Shown: positions 46,673 to 57,950 of the stretch, one piece after another
Layout of the letters: every line of letters begins with the position of its first letter
Numbering within the stretch: position 1 is the stretch's first letter
Assembly: GCA_963833575.1 (NCBI GenBank)
Contig: CAWHXY010000006.1
Location: forward strand, 256,001 to 320,000
Source of the DNA: Candidatus Bathyarchaeota archaeon
GTDB taxonomy: Archaea > Thermoproteota > Bathyarchaeia > Bathyarchaeales > Bathycorpusculaceae
DNA: 64,000 nt
Reading direction: 5' to 3'
The notes under the pieces: generated by a model
The model's input: the letters and a program-made list of their open reading frames with translations, nothing else
Database searches by the model: none
Told to the model about the DNA's origin: nothing
Position numbers and translations under genes: made by a program

Positions 46673-47674
46673 CTACCTAATCCTCACTCTGGGATCTATG
46701 TAAACGTAAAGAATATCCATTATGAGATTGGCTAGTAGTGTCATAATTGTGATCAACATTGTAATTGCCATAATTGTTGGAAAGTCTAATCCAAGGGTCG
46801 ACGATACATATTGACGCCCTAGGCCTGGCCAACTGAACACATACTCCGTCATGGGAGCACCTGCCAACATACTTCCTAACGCTAAAGCAAGGAATGTAAC
46901 AGCAGGCGTTATTGCGTTTCTAAGCGCATACCTATAGACAACTTTCCTATCGCTAATGCCACTTGCCCTTGCTGCAAGAATATAGTCAGACCTCAAAACT
47001 TCTAACATGTTTGCTCTAATCAGACGTATGTTTTGAGCTAGTGAAACATAAACGAGAACTATCACAGGTAAAATGAAATGTGCAATTACATCAAGCGCCG
47101 GGTTGCCCCACCATAAAAATCCGGCTGCACCTTTGGCCCCTGCAGAAGGTAGCCAGCCTAGGCTGAATGAAAATACAATTATTAGTATGAGTCCAAACCA
47201 GAAGGTTGGCATTGAAACTCCGAATAAAGAGAAGGATGTTACAGTTAGATCTTGTTTAGAATACGGTTTTCTTGCTGAATGCACTGCAATTGGTATTGAA
47301 ATTGCAAATGCGATTATTAGTGAAATAACCTGAAGTTCTATGGTTGGCCAAATCTCTGGCCCAATTAAGGAATTAACAGATCCTCCACCATAAAGTGATT
47401 TACCGAAATTTAATTGCACGATGTTTGTCAGCCACTTCAAATATTGAATAGGGATTGGCTTATCCAATCCATAATATGCTTTAAGGGCGTTGAGTGTTGT
47501 TTGATCGATGTTTGGCTTTCCCATTTTAATAAGTGAAATTGGGTCTCCCGCAGCGTACATCGTTATGAAAGCTATTATTGAAATTCCCAGCACAACGGGA
47601 ATCATGTAAAGCAGTCTTCTAACTATGTACCTAAACATTGAACTCTGAGCAAGTGTTCTTAGCCTTCTTAGCAT
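46673..47674 (-). CDS. oppB: Oligopeptide ABC transporter permease
   Basis: YIVRRLL, YGLDKP, YILAARASG, FSWPGLG and DILYVYIDPR. Confidence 0.92.
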   Translation of the reverse strand: MLRRLRTLAQSSMFRYIVRRLLYMIPVVLGISIIAFITMYAAGDPISLIKMGKPNIDQTTLNALKAYYGLDKPIPIQYLKWLTNIVQLNFGKSLYGGGSVNSLIGPEIWPTIELQVISLIIAFAISIPIAVHSARKPYSKQDLTVTSFSLFGVSMPTFWFGLILIIVFSFSLGWLPSAGAKGAAGFLWWGNPALDVIAHFILPVIVLVYVSLAQNIRLIRANMLEVLRSDYILAARASGISDRKVVYRYALRNAITPAVTFLALALGSMLAGAPMTEYVFSWPGLGRQYVSSTLGLDFPTIMAITMLITIMTLLANLIMDILYVYIDPRVRIR

Positions 47675-47854
47675 CCGAAGCCTCGCTTTACTTACACTAT
47701 CGGTGTTGTTTGTACTTAAAACTTTTTTGAATGATACCCCTGCTGGAAGAATTTATTAACCCAGCAAGGTATGGATCATTTTTTAGGACTATAGCAAATT
47801 TAATATACACATTAATATCAAAAAGAAGAGCACCGATATAGGGGTATATAGCAT

Positions 47855-50092
47855 ATGGGCATAAACAAAAAAACCATAACAATGCTTCTAATATTCGTTT
47901 TGACGGCTTCTATGATGGCACCTCTTTTAGAAGTAAAAGCTCAACACACAAGCTTGTTTAACGTGACTATAATTGCACCTGGCAATGCTAATCTTCTAAG
48001 GCGTCAATGGTCTCAAGTCTTCGCAAGCAACCTGCAACAATTGGGCATTAACGCTCAAGTTGTTTATCTTGACTGGACAAGTGTATATGACCGCGCATTA
48101 ACACCAAGTTCTGACATGGTAGGCAAAACCTATGACCAAGGAGGATATGACATCTTAGCACTCGGATGGACACCTGGATTAATTCCTGACCCCCGCCCAC
48201 TTTACTATGGAGGCGACCCAGCATTCTTTGCTCCAACTGGACAAAACTATTATCTCTGGAACAATTCTCAATCCAACACCCTTCTGGACCAATTTATCAC
48301 TTCGACAAGCGATAGTGACCGATCAAGCGCTCTCACCCAATGGCAACAACTCTTTTACAACCAAGTGCCTGCATCATCAATAGTATATCAACAAGCACCT
48401 GTAGTTGTCAATCCTGCAATAGACAACTTGGGTACGCCTGCAACCGGAGGAGGGGAAGGATGGCTTTACTTTAATGTGGGGCCTTATCCGCAATTGCTAA
48501 CTCGCAGCGACGGCAAGACTCAGATTACCTACTGTTCCACAGGATCAATTGACGCTATCAACCCACCCGAATCTGACAGCTGGTATGATGTAATCGTTTA
48601 CTACTCAATGTTTGATGGTTTAGCAGGAGCTTGGCCAACATTAAACGGGCTTAGCGACCTTGAAACACCAGGATTGCTAACTTCTTGGAGTCACAGTGCA
48701 GATGGCTTCACTTGGACATTCAACTGCAGACAAAATGTTACATGGCAGGATGGCGCACCTTTCACAGCTGATGACGTTCTGTTTACACTTTGGGCTTACA
48801 TGAATCCAGATGCGGGCAGTCAATTCGTAGGTTTCTATCAAAGCGCTTTTGGAGACAACGTTAAATTCACATATTCCAACGGCACATCCGTTACAGAAGG
48901 CAGCGGCACCAGAATGGGCACCATAACCGCAACCGATAAATACACAGTTGTAGCGACGCTACCAGTCTTGACTAACGGAAAACCCTACGGATACATGGAA
49001 CCCGAAATAATAACCGGACCCGCAGTCATACCAATGCACATCTTCGAAAACATTGCTCCAGCAGACTGGTCAACTTCACCATTTAACACGGGCACAGGAT
49101 CAATGACCATAAACGGCATAACATATACTGGCCCAGTTGGCACAGGACCATACAAATGGGTGAGCTATGACCCAGTAGCTCAAGTTGTCCATCTTCAGAA
49201 ATATGACAACTACTGGAACGCCACTGGTTTGGAAAGCATGGGTCGTTTTCAGATCAAAGACTACTACATTAGGTTCATTGCTGACGGAACATCAGCTTTA
49301 GCTGCTTTGAAGAATGGCGAAGTTGATATGCTCGACTATAACTATCAGATGCAGACAGACGTAAGTTCAGTACAGTCATCTTGGGGCAAAGTAATCAATT
49401 TGAATGGTGTGGGTAGGCAAGAATTCGGATATAACATGCAGAGTCCAATCTTTGGCACAGGCGTTGATACTCCACTTGGCCAATCTAATCCATCTCAAGC
49501 AGCTCAAGCAGCCACAGATATTCGTATAGCTTTTGATTACGCAATTCCACGCCAGTTGATCATTAACAATCTTCTCTCAGGCTACGGGACTGCTGGTGCA
49601 ACTCCAATGTTGCCTACACAGCCTTACTATGACAATTCGATAAAAGCAAGACCATATGATCTCTCGCAAGCTAGGCATTACTTACAATTAGCAGGCTACT
49701 CTCCACCTACAATCAATAGTGCTGGCGTAGTAAACGTGCAAGGTATCTTCAACGACACAAGTGGAAGCCCAGTAGCAAATGCCACTGTCACTTTAATGCA
49801 ATCAACAACCAAATCTACGAGCTCACTAACTGCAGTATCGCACACAACAACAGATGCTAACGGATTCTTCAGCTTCTCTGTGAGTCCAACTTCTTCAGGG
49901 ACATACTATTATTATCTGATGGATAACTCAACAGGCACACCAGCATACACCTACCTTCAGAGCGCCAATGTTACTGCTTCGTCTTCCACTCTCAGCAACC
50001 AGACAATACTAATCGTGATAGCAGTCGTCGTGATACTTGTCGTTATAATCGTTATAGTGTTAGCTCTTAGAAGACGCAAACCTAAAAAATAA
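47855..50092 (+). CDS. oppA: Family 5 solute-binding protein with C-terminal Ig-like domain and TM anchor (OppA-like), divergent from oppBCDF
   Basis: Signal peptide, WQDGAPFTADDV, VGTGPYK, ALKNGEVD, TTTDANGFFSF and a C-terminal TM + RRRKPKK. Confidence 0.88.
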   Translation: MGINKKTITMLLIFVLTASMMAPLLEVKAQHTSLFNVTIIAPGNANLLRRQWSQVFASNLQQLGINAQVVYLDWTSVYDRALTPSSDMVGKTYDQGGYDILALGWTPGLIPDPRPLYYGGDPAFFAPTGQNYYLWNNSQSNTLLDQFITSTSDSDRSSALTQWQQLFYNQVPASSIVYQQAPVVVNPAIDNLGTPATGGGEGWLYFNVGPYPQLLTRSDGKTQITYCSTGSIDAINPPESDSWYDVIVYYSMFDGLAGAWPTLNGLSDLETPGLLTSWSHSADGFTWTFNCRQNVTWQDGAPFTADDVLFTLWAYMNPDAGSQFVGFYQSAFGDNVKFTYSNGTSVTEGSGTRMGTITATDKYTVVATLPVLTNGKPYGYMEPEIITGPAVIPMHIFENIAPADWSTSPFNTGTGSMTINGITYTGPVGTGPYKWVSYDPVAQVVHLQKYDNYWNATGLESMGRFQIKDYYIRFIADGTSALAALKNGEVDMLDYNYQMQTDVSSVQSSWGKVINLNGVGRQEFGYNMQSPIFGTGVDTPLGQSNPSQAAQAATDIRIAFDYAIPRQLIINNLLSGYGTAGATPMLPTQPYYDNSIKARPYDLSQARHYLQLAGYSPPTINSAGVVNVQGIFNDTSGSPVANATVTLMQSTTKSTSSLTAVSHTTTDANGFFSFSVSPTSSGTYYYYLMDNSTGTPAYTYLQSANVTASSSTLSNQTILIVIAVVVILVVIIVIVLALRRRKPKK

Positions 50093-50196
50093 ATAGAAAA
50101 ATTTCCTTCTTTCTTTTTTTGTTCTTTAGCACTCTGTTATCTTTTTTTACAGAGCTTTCCTTAATCTGAAATGATCTTCGTTTATGCACGAACTAA

Positions 50197-51129
50197 TTAT
50201 TTGACGACAAGCACGGTTACGGTCGCGTGACGCAAGACATGATCGCTTACGCTTCCAAGAAGGTGACTAAGCCTTCCATGGCCGCCCCTACTCAAAATGA
50301 CAAGATCAACGTTAGCTTGTTTGGCCAAATCAATTATCGAAGTAGCTGGATCACCGAACATCAATTTCTGATCAACCTCAATCTCAGGGAGCATACTGGC
50401 TGCACGTTTGAGAATCTGAAGACCAAAATCGCTAATCTTAGGTCCAAATTTTGAGAAAGATTTCTCTTGAACATTTAGAAGAACCACTTTCGATTTAGCC
50501 GCTTTAGCTAAAACATATGTTTGTTCAATCGTTTTTTCATCTTTTTCAGTTCCATCAATTGCAAGTAAGATGCCTCTCAATTCAGCTTTCTTTCTCGTTA
50601 CCATAATATTAGTTAAATTGCTTGCCGATACTCTTGCTGCCACACTTCCAAGATGCAGATCAGATTCGTCTTCCTCGTTGCCACTATTTCCCATAATAAC
50701 ACAGTCATAATTCCCACTTACTGTTTCCTCAATTATTGTATCAGCTGTATCGTTTTGTTTTTCAAGTTTTTGTTCTGCCGTTATCCCTTCCTTCGCAAAC
50801 AACTCTGCAGTCTCAGAAAGTAGATTTTCGCCACTTTCCACATAGCTAGCGGTCGCTTCATTGACCACTTCCTCAGGAATCAAATAATCCCGAGTTTCCG
50901 AAACAATTAAAGTCCTTGGAAACTGTCCAGTTGCAGTGCTTATCGGAGCATAACTATCTCTTGAAACATAAACCCGGCTTGGAAGAGTCAGAATTTGGTT
51001 TGGAACAACATGCATTATTGTTACTTTTGAACTAAAAAGTTTTGATATTGTGAGAGCAATCTCGATTGCGACTTCAGACTGTAAAGACGCATCTACCGGT
51101 AATAAAATACGGCTAAAAATATGCTGCAA
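50197..51129 (-). CDS. Universal stress protein (tandem UspA domains)
   Basis: ILLPVDAS...LGSVAARV and ILLAIDG...LLGSVSDHVLRHA. Confidence 0.9.
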   Translation of the reverse strand: MQHIFSRILLPVDASLQSEVAIEIALTISKLFSSKVTIMHVVPNQILTLPSRVYVSRDSYAPISTATGQFPRTLIVSETRDYLIPEEVVNEATASYVESGENLLSETAELFAKEGITAEQKLEKQNDTADTIIEETVSGNYDCVIMGNSGNEEDESDLHLGSVAARVSASNLTNIMVTRKKAELRGILLAIDGTEKDEKTIEQTYVLAKAAKSKVVLLNVQEKSFSKFGPKISDFGLQILKRAASMLPEIEVDQKLMFGDPATSIIDLAKQANVDLVILSRGGHGRLSHLLGSVSDHVLRHATVTVLVVK

Positions 51130-51188
51130 TTTGTTACCCCAGTTTTTATTTTATCTTGCTTGCTAATTAACTGTTCGCTATTTGTCGT

Positions 51189-51548
51189 TTAGTATCCAAA
51201 AAATGAGATTATTATAGATTGTATAAAGAGGATTATTGCCAGTAGCAAGTACTTGTTTGCTCTCTTTTCGGCAATCCTTAATGTGTCGATTGACCAGTGT
51301 TCTTCTGATTTTGAAATGTATTCCCTTGCTTTGCTAGGCAAAACAGAACTTGAAAAAGTAAGTACGCCACCAACTAAGAAAGTAATACCTGTTTCAAGAA
51401 ATGAGGCTTTGGTGAAAAATGCCTGCAATAACATAGCATTATGATCCACCAAAGTTAATATAACGAATATCAAGCAGTTAGCTACCCAAACTATAACGTT
51501 TAGTTTTATCATCCACTTTAGAAGAGAATGCCCTGCAAATCGTGACAT
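51189..51548 (-). CDS. Hypothetical membrane protein
   Basis: Three TM helices. Confidence 0.7.
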   Translation of the reverse strand: MSRFAGHSLLKWMIKLNVIVWVANCLIFVILTLVDHNAMLLQAFFTKASFLETGITFLVGGVLTFSSSVLPSKAREYISKSEEHWSIDTLRIAEKRANKYLLLAIILFIQSIIISFFGY

Positions 51549-51598
51549 AACAATTTACTTATCTGCAAAGGTGGCTTTATGCTTTATCTGATTTGCGT

Positions 51599-52723
51599 TT
51601 ATTTGTATTTCAAAATGAATAGTGAAAGGAAACAGTACACTCCAAAGAATATGCCTGTAGCCAGAAACACTGGTGCATAACCTAAATATTGAACAAGAAA
51701 TCCTGCAGATAGGATTGAGGAAAATTCAGCAATCCTCATAGGTACATGCAGCAAACCTATGTCAACAGAAACGTTTTTGCTGTCTTTTGCTACTTTGAGG
51801 ACAGCGTGTTCAAAGAAGCCAACTCCATATCCTCGAACGAACGCTAGTAATAGAAGACATGCGATGAAAAATGTTGACCAGCCTAAAAAGAAAGAGGCTG
51901 TAATGCTGATTCCCGTTAAGATTGCGGCGCGTGCGAAATTTAAGGAGTATTTCACAGTAAGATACGTTGCTATTGCCGAAATCGCGTTATAAAACATGAA
52001 AATAACTCCTATTGCTATGTAACTGTATGCTAATTGTTGATTCATGAAGGCGGGCAGTAGCAGTGTAGTTAGGGGATAAATTGCTAACGTGTTAAACATT
52101 ATTGCAACTGAAACTAACCAAAATGTTCTAGACCTTCCTTTTGGGTTAAGAGGAGCTAAAATGTGTGAGTCCTTTGTGATGGGAATTCTGGAGCTATTTT
52201 TCCACAACATGAAAGCTGGAATACCAATTGTTGTTGAGATCAATGCTAAAACTGCAATTGTGGAGCTGAATCCTAAAAATGCAATGCCCAACCCAGCCAC
52301 ACCACCCCCAAACGCGGTCGCTATCCATATGGTTGCGTTATTTTTTGTTGCTTCCTTCCCTGCTTTTTTTGGCGATAAGTGGTAAATTGCTGTTCGGCTT
52401 ACCGCCCAGTATGATGATTCTCTTAGGCTTTCAACTAATTTGCCTAAGGCAAATACGGGTAGTGATGAGGCGAAATAATAGATGCTGCAACATAAAAATG
52501 TTGATGGCCAGTTGATTAACAAGAAAACATGTGACCAACCGACATAGTCTGCGACGGCGGAGAAGAAAAGACGGGATATCAAAAAAACCAAAGGCAAAAT
52601 TGAAAGAACTATACCGATATCCGCGACGCTGACGTTATGCGCTAATAGTAACAGAGGAATTATTAGTGTAAGTGATCCTGAGACAAAGTAGTTTAGGAAG
52701 GTTATTGCGTTAACTCGCTTCAA
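51599..52723 (-). CDS. MFS transporter
   Basis: About 12 TM and motif-A-like SAVADYVG. Confidence 0.8.
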   Translation of the reverse strand: MKRVNAITFLNYFVSGSLTLIIPLLLLAHNVSVADIGIVLSILPLVFLISRLFFSAVADYVGWSHVFLLINWPSTFLCCSIYYFASSLPVFALGKLVESLRESSYWAVSRTAIYHLSPKKAGKEATKNNATIWIATAFGGGVAGLGIAFLGFSSTIAVLALISTTIGIPAFMLWKNSSRIPITKDSHILAPLNPKGRSRTFWLVSVAIMFNTLAIYPLTTLLLPAFMNQQLAYSYIAIGVIFMFYNAISAIATYLTVKYSLNFARAAILTGISITASFFLGWSTFFIACLLLLAFVRGYGVGFFEHAVLKVAKDSKNVSVDIGLLHVPMRIAEFSSILSAGFLVQYLGYAPVFLATGIFFGVYCFLSLFILKYK

Positions 52724-53043
52724 CTGCGGTCCTCTATTTGAAACGTAAATTGTTCAGCTGAATAGTTTGAGTTTTAGTCTTACAACAATTTACCTTTTGC
52801 TATTAGGAAAACCCTTCCATGAACATAGGCATCAATGTTTTCTTCTTTCTTTCTTGTTTTAAAAGACATTATTGAAGGCCCTCTTATTTTGACCCCTGGT
52901 CAACTTTAATTTCGATTTACAGTGAATCAAAATATTGGTAGTGTGTAATGCAGACAGCTTGACGCGCGATTTCTTCGCCCAATCTAATTTCATTTTTGCA
53001 AGCTAATTGATAATTTGTTAATTTGGGATTTGCTTTTGGCACG

Positions 53044-53952
53044 TCAACTTTTTCTCGTAACTATGAAGACCCCAATAAAAATCAGCATTCCGCCCGCAAT
53101 AACAGAAGGGTATAACACTTCATTAACAAAAGTAACAGCGAAAATTGAGGTGATTAAGGGTTCGGCGAAGAGGAAGGTGCTTGCAGTTGATCCTGCCTTT
53201 TTTAGAACGTAGAACCAGATGTAGTATCCGAGCACTGAACATGTAAATGACAGATATAAAATGCCTAGCCACTGGTTTGTGCTAAGCGTAGTTATTTGTA
53301 AAAGTGACTTGTCAGCTATCGAGAACGGAATTAGACAGAGTCCGCCCAATAGACTGACATAGGACACGACAAGGAAGGCATCATATTTCTGCATTATTTT
53401 TTGTCCCCAGAGGCTATAAATTGCCCACATAGCAGGCGTTGATAATAAAATTAAAGTGCCAACTAAGAACTGCATGTTTCCCCTAAGGTTGAGAATATCC
53501 GCTGAAACTACTAGCAGGGTACCCGTTACAGCCACAATTATGCCGATGACTTGCCACTTCTTCAAGTGTTCACCAAATAGCCGAGCAGAAAAAACAGTAA
53601 TCAGTATTGGTGAAAGCAGACATACAAGAATGGCGGCAATTGACGCTCCAGCCAATTGAATCCCTGTGTATTGAACAGTGAAAAAGAAGGTTACTCCAGT
53701 TAAGGCCAGTGCAAGCAAAATCAGAAGGTCCTTTCTTCTAACTCCAAGATTGTAGTCGGGAGTCAAGCGCTTCTTAATAAAAAGAGCAAAAAGGAAAAGT
53801 GCTCCAGCGATTAAGAACCTATAAGTAGCAACGGCAATTGGAGAAAGACCTTCACCTAAAAGTTCCTTAACTACAACGAAAGAACTGCCCCAAAAAATAA
53901 TCAGAACTATCATTAGAAGAACTTGGAAACGACTAATGGAGTGGGAAGCCAT
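53044..53952 (-). CDS. EamA/DMT-family transporter
   Basis: 10 TM in two repeats; FWGSSF, YRFLIA and AEPLIT. Confidence 0.9.
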   Translation of the reverse strand: MASHSISRFQVLLMIVLIIFWGSSFVVVKELLGEGLSPIAVATYRFLIAGALFLFALFIKKRLTPDYNLGVRRKDLLILLALALTGVTFFFTVQYTGIQLAGASIAAILVCLLSPILITVFSARLFGEHLKKWQVIGIIVAVTGTLLVVSADILNLRGNMQFLVGTLILLSTPAMWAIYSLWGQKIMQKYDAFLVVSYVSLLGGLCLIPFSIADKSLLQITTLSTNQWLGILYLSFTCSVLGYYIWFYVLKKAGSTASTFLFAEPLITSIFAVTFVNEVLYPSVIAGGMLIFIGVFIVTRKS

Positions 53953-54187
53953 GCCTCAACATATCACGATTTTTCCTTTTAAGCATTCAACTTATCCCTA
54001 CTTTTAGTTACCGACAAAAACAGGATTCCTTTACTATTCATCACCAAAAAACAGCTTCTTTTCTGGTTGCGGTATTTGGCTAAGTACCCGGATGGTACTA
54101 GAACATGATATTAGAGATTCTTCGCTATTCAGGTGAGCAGCGTCAGTCTATTTTTTTCCATCACTTTTTACTTATCTCTATTTTTCA

Positions 54188-54988
54188 CTATACACCCAAG
54201 AGAGCTAAAGCGATCAGGATAACACCTATAGATAAGCTGTAAACGGCGAAGTAATGGAACCTCTTGTTTAAAACCAGTTTCTTTACTAGCACGATGGCTA
54301 AGTAGCCTGCAACCACCGTAAACACTAAACCCACCAATAAGTCCAAAGAGCTAACGCCTATACCCTGGGAAAAAGTTCCTCTCTGAAGGTAAGCTTCAAC
54401 TCCTAAATCGCCTATTACAGCAGGTATTGAAAGTAAGAATGAAAATTTGAACACCATTTCCCTCTTAACGCCTTGAATTAACCCACTTGATATTGTTGCG
54501 CCGCTTCGCGAGAGGCCTGGAAAACTTGCAGCTCCCTGCGCAGCGCCCATTACAAGTGCCTTTCGGTATGAGATTTGGGTTTGGTTTTCTTTGCCGAATT
54601 TTGAGAAAAACAGCAGGGCGGCACCGAATAGAAAAGTGATGCCCATAATTAGGAATGTTTGGTAATTGTCGGCTAGGAATTTGTCGTAGAGTAAGCCTAT
54701 TATTCCTGTAGGTATGGTTGCAACAATGATTAGGGGGATGAATCGGCCATATTCGCTATGGAAATCCCTATGCACCAACGCGGTAAGTATGATTTTAATG
54801 TCGTGTCTAAAGTAGAATATTACAACTCCAAGTGTGCCAATGTGGAGGAACACATTGAACAGCGGTGTTGCAGAGAATCCCAGAAAATGCTCGGCAATTC
54901 GCAGATGCGCAGTACTGGAGATCGGCAGCCACTCAGCTAAACCCTGAATTAAACCAAGGATTATTGTTATCAGCAGTTGGTCAAGCAA
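54188..54988 (-). CDS. uppP: Undecaprenyl-diphosphate phosphatase (BacA/UppP family)
   Basis: QGLAEWLPISSTAHL, PGLSRSGATI and FSFLLSIPA. Confidence 0.93.
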   Translation of the reverse strand: MLDQLLITIILGLIQGLAEWLPISSTAHLRIAEHFLGFSATPLFNVFLHIGTLGVVIFYFRHDIKIILTALVHRDFHSEYGRFIPLIIVATIPTGIIGLLYDKFLADNYQTFLIMGITFLFGAALLFFSKFGKENQTQISYRKALVMGAAQGAASFPGLSRSGATISSGLIQGVKREMVFKFSFLLSIPAVIGDLGVEAYLQRGTFSQGIGVSSLDLLVGLVFTVVAGYLAIVLVKKLVLNKRFHYFAVYSLSIGVILIALALLGV

Positions 54989-55060
54989 ACACTGAGCACC
55001 AAGCTTACCTTAACTATGTTTTCTAAAAGTGGGAATTGAGCAGAAAGGCTTTTCCTTTTC

Positions 55061-55564
55061 TTACTGCCCGCTTTCTTTTGGTTCTTGGAAGAGCTTTCTA
55101 ATTGCGCTGATTCTTGCTTTCTGCGCTAGCGCGTCGCTTGTAACGACTGTTAGGGCTTCTTCGGGGCACCATTTGACGCATTGTGGTCCGTCGGGTTTTT
55201 CTTTGCATAGGTCGCAGACGTAGACTACTTTGGTTTCTGGATGCAGCATTATGGCTCCGTAGTCGCAGGCTTCGATGCACCAGCCGCAGCCGTTGCATTT
55301 GTCTTTGTCTAGAACAATGTTTCCTGTGTCTTTTGACTGTGAAAGAGCGTCTCGTGGACAAGCTGCAACGCATGCTGGGTCCTCGCAGAGTCTACATGTG
55401 ACTGCCATGTTGGCTAACTGGTTAACTCGAACAACACGGATGCGTGATTTGAGCGGGTTAAAGGCTTTCTCTTTTGTGTAGGAGCAAGCGTATTCGCAGG
55501 TTTGGCAACCCACACATTTTTCCGGGTCAACGGAAACAAATTTTCTTTCGTTTTCCTTAACCAT
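55061..55564 (-). CDS. 4Fe-4S dicluster (DmsB/HycB-like) subunit associated with AOR
   Basis: Four Cys clusters (CVGCQTCEYAC, CRLCEDPACVAACP, CNGCGWCIEAC, CDLC...CVKWCP). Confidence 0.92.
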   Translation of the reverse strand: MVKENERKFVSVDPEKCVGCQTCEYACSYTKEKAFNPLKSRIRVVRVNQLANMAVTCRLCEDPACVAACPRDALSQSKDTGNIVLDKDKCNGCGWCIEACDYGAIMLHPETKVVYVCDLCKEKPDGPQCVKWCPEEALTVVTSDALAQKARISAIRKLFQEPKESGQ

Positions 55565-55565
55565 T

Positions 55566-57437
55566 TTAATCCTCTTTCCCTTTGACAATGTCTGATAAAT
55601 CTTCTAAGCTGAGTTTTTTGAGCAAAAACTTCATTGGTACCCCATCGACTGTCCAACCACGTGCTTGGTAGTAATCATCGAGTAACAGGTCAAGTTCTTC
55701 TTGAGTCACTACGGCACCTTTTGAGGGTCCATCATCAGGGATTGGCTTGTTCATGACTTTCCATGGCAACGTATCATCTTTGCGGCTAAAACCTTCTCGA
55801 ATGTTAATTAGCCGAGCAAGATTGTTTATTCTTTCACCTGCAATGCCGAATTCTTCAGCCGTCGTCTCGATCCCAGTTACTAATGTGTAGAGTTTTGCCA
55901 TGTCAGCTAGTTCCTTATAGAGAGTTCCTTTAGCATTCTTGCAGATGATAAGCGAATCAATTAATGCGAAAACATCTTCTGAATCTTTAACGAGTTTTCC
56001 GCGTCCTTTTTCAGCTTTAAACCGATCTACTTTACCTGAAAGATCTAATGCGTAAGCGCCGCTTCGGTTGTGGTCTGCGCCTCGAAAAGAAACTGCAAAA
56101 CTCAACGCTGCTGTTTTGAGGCAGCGTAAATCGTAGCCTGTAACTTCTAAGCCCTTAATATTTTGAGCAAGCTTATCTGAGCCTTTGCCAATTTTTTCTG
56201 CGGCTGCTTTGACTCCATCAGCGAGAACATCGCCGATTCCTTCTCGTCTTCCTATCTTTTCTATGAGTTGTATCATGGCTTCTGAGTTTCCAAAGTGAGC
56301 GTCAATTCCATCAAGTTCGTCATGTGTAAGGATGCCGTTTTCATGGCAGTCCATAACGAAACTAACTGTTACGCCCGTGCTTGTTGCGTCTAAGCCGTAG
56401 TAGTTGCAGAGTTCAGCTGCTTTTATTATGGCATCGAGTTTATCTACGCCACAGTTAGGTCCCAGTGCCCAGATATTGTCGTATTCCATCCGTGCCATGG
56501 TTCCTTTGTAGGGACCTTCGCGAACTACCGCTTCATGTTCACATCGCATTGCGCATGAGTTGCAAGCAATTATTTTTGCAACATACCTTTCGTTTAATTC
56601 TTCACCGCTTACCTTTTCAGCATTTTCAAAATAAGAGTTATTGTAATTGCGTGTGGGCATGCATTTCAATGCGTTTTGAATCATGATGTTTTCTGAAGTT
56701 CCTAAAGTTCGGTATTTCTGGGCTGCTGGTCCTTTCATTCGCTCATGAAATTCTTTAACCATTTCCATGAACTCATCTGGTTTAGCCACCACAATGTCAT
56801 TAGTTCCTCGGACAGCGATAGCTTTCAGGTTCTTAGAGCCCATAACTGCGCCTAAACCTGTTCGTCCTGCAGCTCGAGTTTTCTCATTTATTATTCCGGC
56901 GATTTTTGATAGTTTTTCCCCGGCTAAGCCGATTGATGCTACCCGAACATAGTAGTCGCCAATTTCATCTTTGATTGCATCTTCTGTTTCGCCAGGTGAT
57001 TTGCCCCAAATATTTTCTGCGTCAAGCAGTTGTGCTGAATCATCATCGATCCATAAATAAACAGGCTTTTCCGCTTTTCCAGTTAAAATAACAGCGTCAT
57101 ATCCGGCTCTTTTCATTTCTGCTCCAAAAGTGCCGTGACTTACTGCTTCACCAACGCCGTTGGTTTCTGGTGATTTTGATATGAACGCATGTCCGTTTCC
57201 GCCCGTGGGAAACATTGTTGCAGAAACCGGCCCAACTGCTAAAACTAGTGGGTTTTCAGGGTTGAATGCGTCAACGCCTGCTTTTGAGTTATCTAGCCAA
57301 AGTTTCATACCTAAGCCCATTCCGCCAACATATTTTTTGGCGGTTTCCAAATCAAGCTTTTCAACATTAATTTTGCCTGTAGTTAAGTTAATGCGTAGAA
57401 TTCTTCCTGCGTAACCGAACAAACCTTGTTCCTCCAA
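55566..57437 (-). CDS. aor: Tungsten-dependent aldehyde:ferredoxin oxidoreductase family protein
   Basis: GYAGRILRINL, AAGRTGLGAVMGSKNLKAI, CNSCAMRC, DSLIIC and YYQARGW. Confidence 0.94.
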   Translation of the reverse strand: MEEQGLFGYAGRILRINLTTGKINVEKLDLETAKKYVGGMGLGMKLWLDNSKAGVDAFNPENPLVLAVGPVSATMFPTGGNGHAFISKSPETNGVGEAVSHGTFGAEMKRAGYDAVILTGKAEKPVYLWIDDDSAQLLDAENIWGKSPGETEDAIKDEIGDYYVRVASIGLAGEKLSKIAGIINEKTRAAGRTGLGAVMGSKNLKAIAVRGTNDIVVAKPDEFMEMVKEFHERMKGPAAQKYRTLGTSENIMIQNALKCMPTRNYNNSYFENAEKVSGEELNERYVAKIIACNSCAMRCEHEAVVREGPYKGTMARMEYDNIWALGPNCGVDKLDAIIKAAELCNYYGLDATSTGVTVSFVMDCHENGILTHDELDGIDAHFGNSEAMIQLIEKIGRREGIGDVLADGVKAAAEKIGKGSDKLAQNIKGLEVTGYDLRCLKTAALSFAVSFRGADHNRSGAYALDLSGKVDRFKAEKGRGKLVKDSEDVFALIDSLIICKNAKGTLYKELADMAKLYTLVTGIETTAEEFGIAGERINNLARLINIREGFSRKDDTLPWKVMNKPIPDDGPSKGAVVTQEELDLLLDDYYQARGWTVDGVPMKFLLKKLSLEDLSDIVKGKED

Positions 57438-57651
57438 GCTAATTTAGAGTTATTAGGCAGTTAAAAAGTATATTAACTTAATGGGTTTTAATTTTGGAAA
57501 TCATGGCTTAAATGGAGCTTACCGGTGCCTCGTCATGTACCAATTATCACATCGTTTTTTGTGTTGCCGCAGGGATAAAATTTAGTTTTTCGGTGAAAAA
57601 AGATATGAGAAGCTTTACTTTATATCAATCCTGAGAATTCGCGAGTAGGGT

Positions 57652-57945
57652 TTGAAATTGAAAATAAAGGTTCATTACATCAGCTTGGTAAAAACATTTA
57701 CAAAAACAAGCCAGGACGAATTCGACCTTAAAGATGATGCCTTACTGTCAGACGTTTTGGATAAAGTCTCTGAGAAACATGGCAAGTTATTCACTAAAGA
57801 GGTCTATGACTCGGAACAAAAACAGATGAAAGCAAACTTTGTGGCAATGGTTAACGGAGTATTAATGGATCAATTAAAAGGTGTTAATACGCCACTGAAA
57901 GATGGTGACAGCATAATTCTGATGTCACTTGTAACAGGCGGATAG
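57652..57945 (+). CDS. MoaD/ThiS ubiquitin-like sulfur carrier (SAMP-like)
   Basis: Beta-grasp pattern MVNG...LKDGDSI ending in GG; divergent from aor. Confidence 0.88.
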   Translation: MKLKIKVHYISLVKTFTKTSQDEFDLKDDALLSDVLDKVSEKHGKLFTKEVYDSEQKQMKANFVAMVNGVLMDQLKGVNTPLKDGDSIILMSLVTGG

Positions 57946-57950
57946 AAAAG

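Noticed and set aside
52780-52993. Short minus-strand ORFs (about 20-45 aa) between the DMT and MFS genes
   Set aside because: There are several competing frames and no motif, so none can be supported.
57438-57651. Possible Moco/Wco riboswitch between aor and the MoaD-like gene
   Set aside because: AT-rich sequence with no recognisable conserved aptamer motifs or extended stems.
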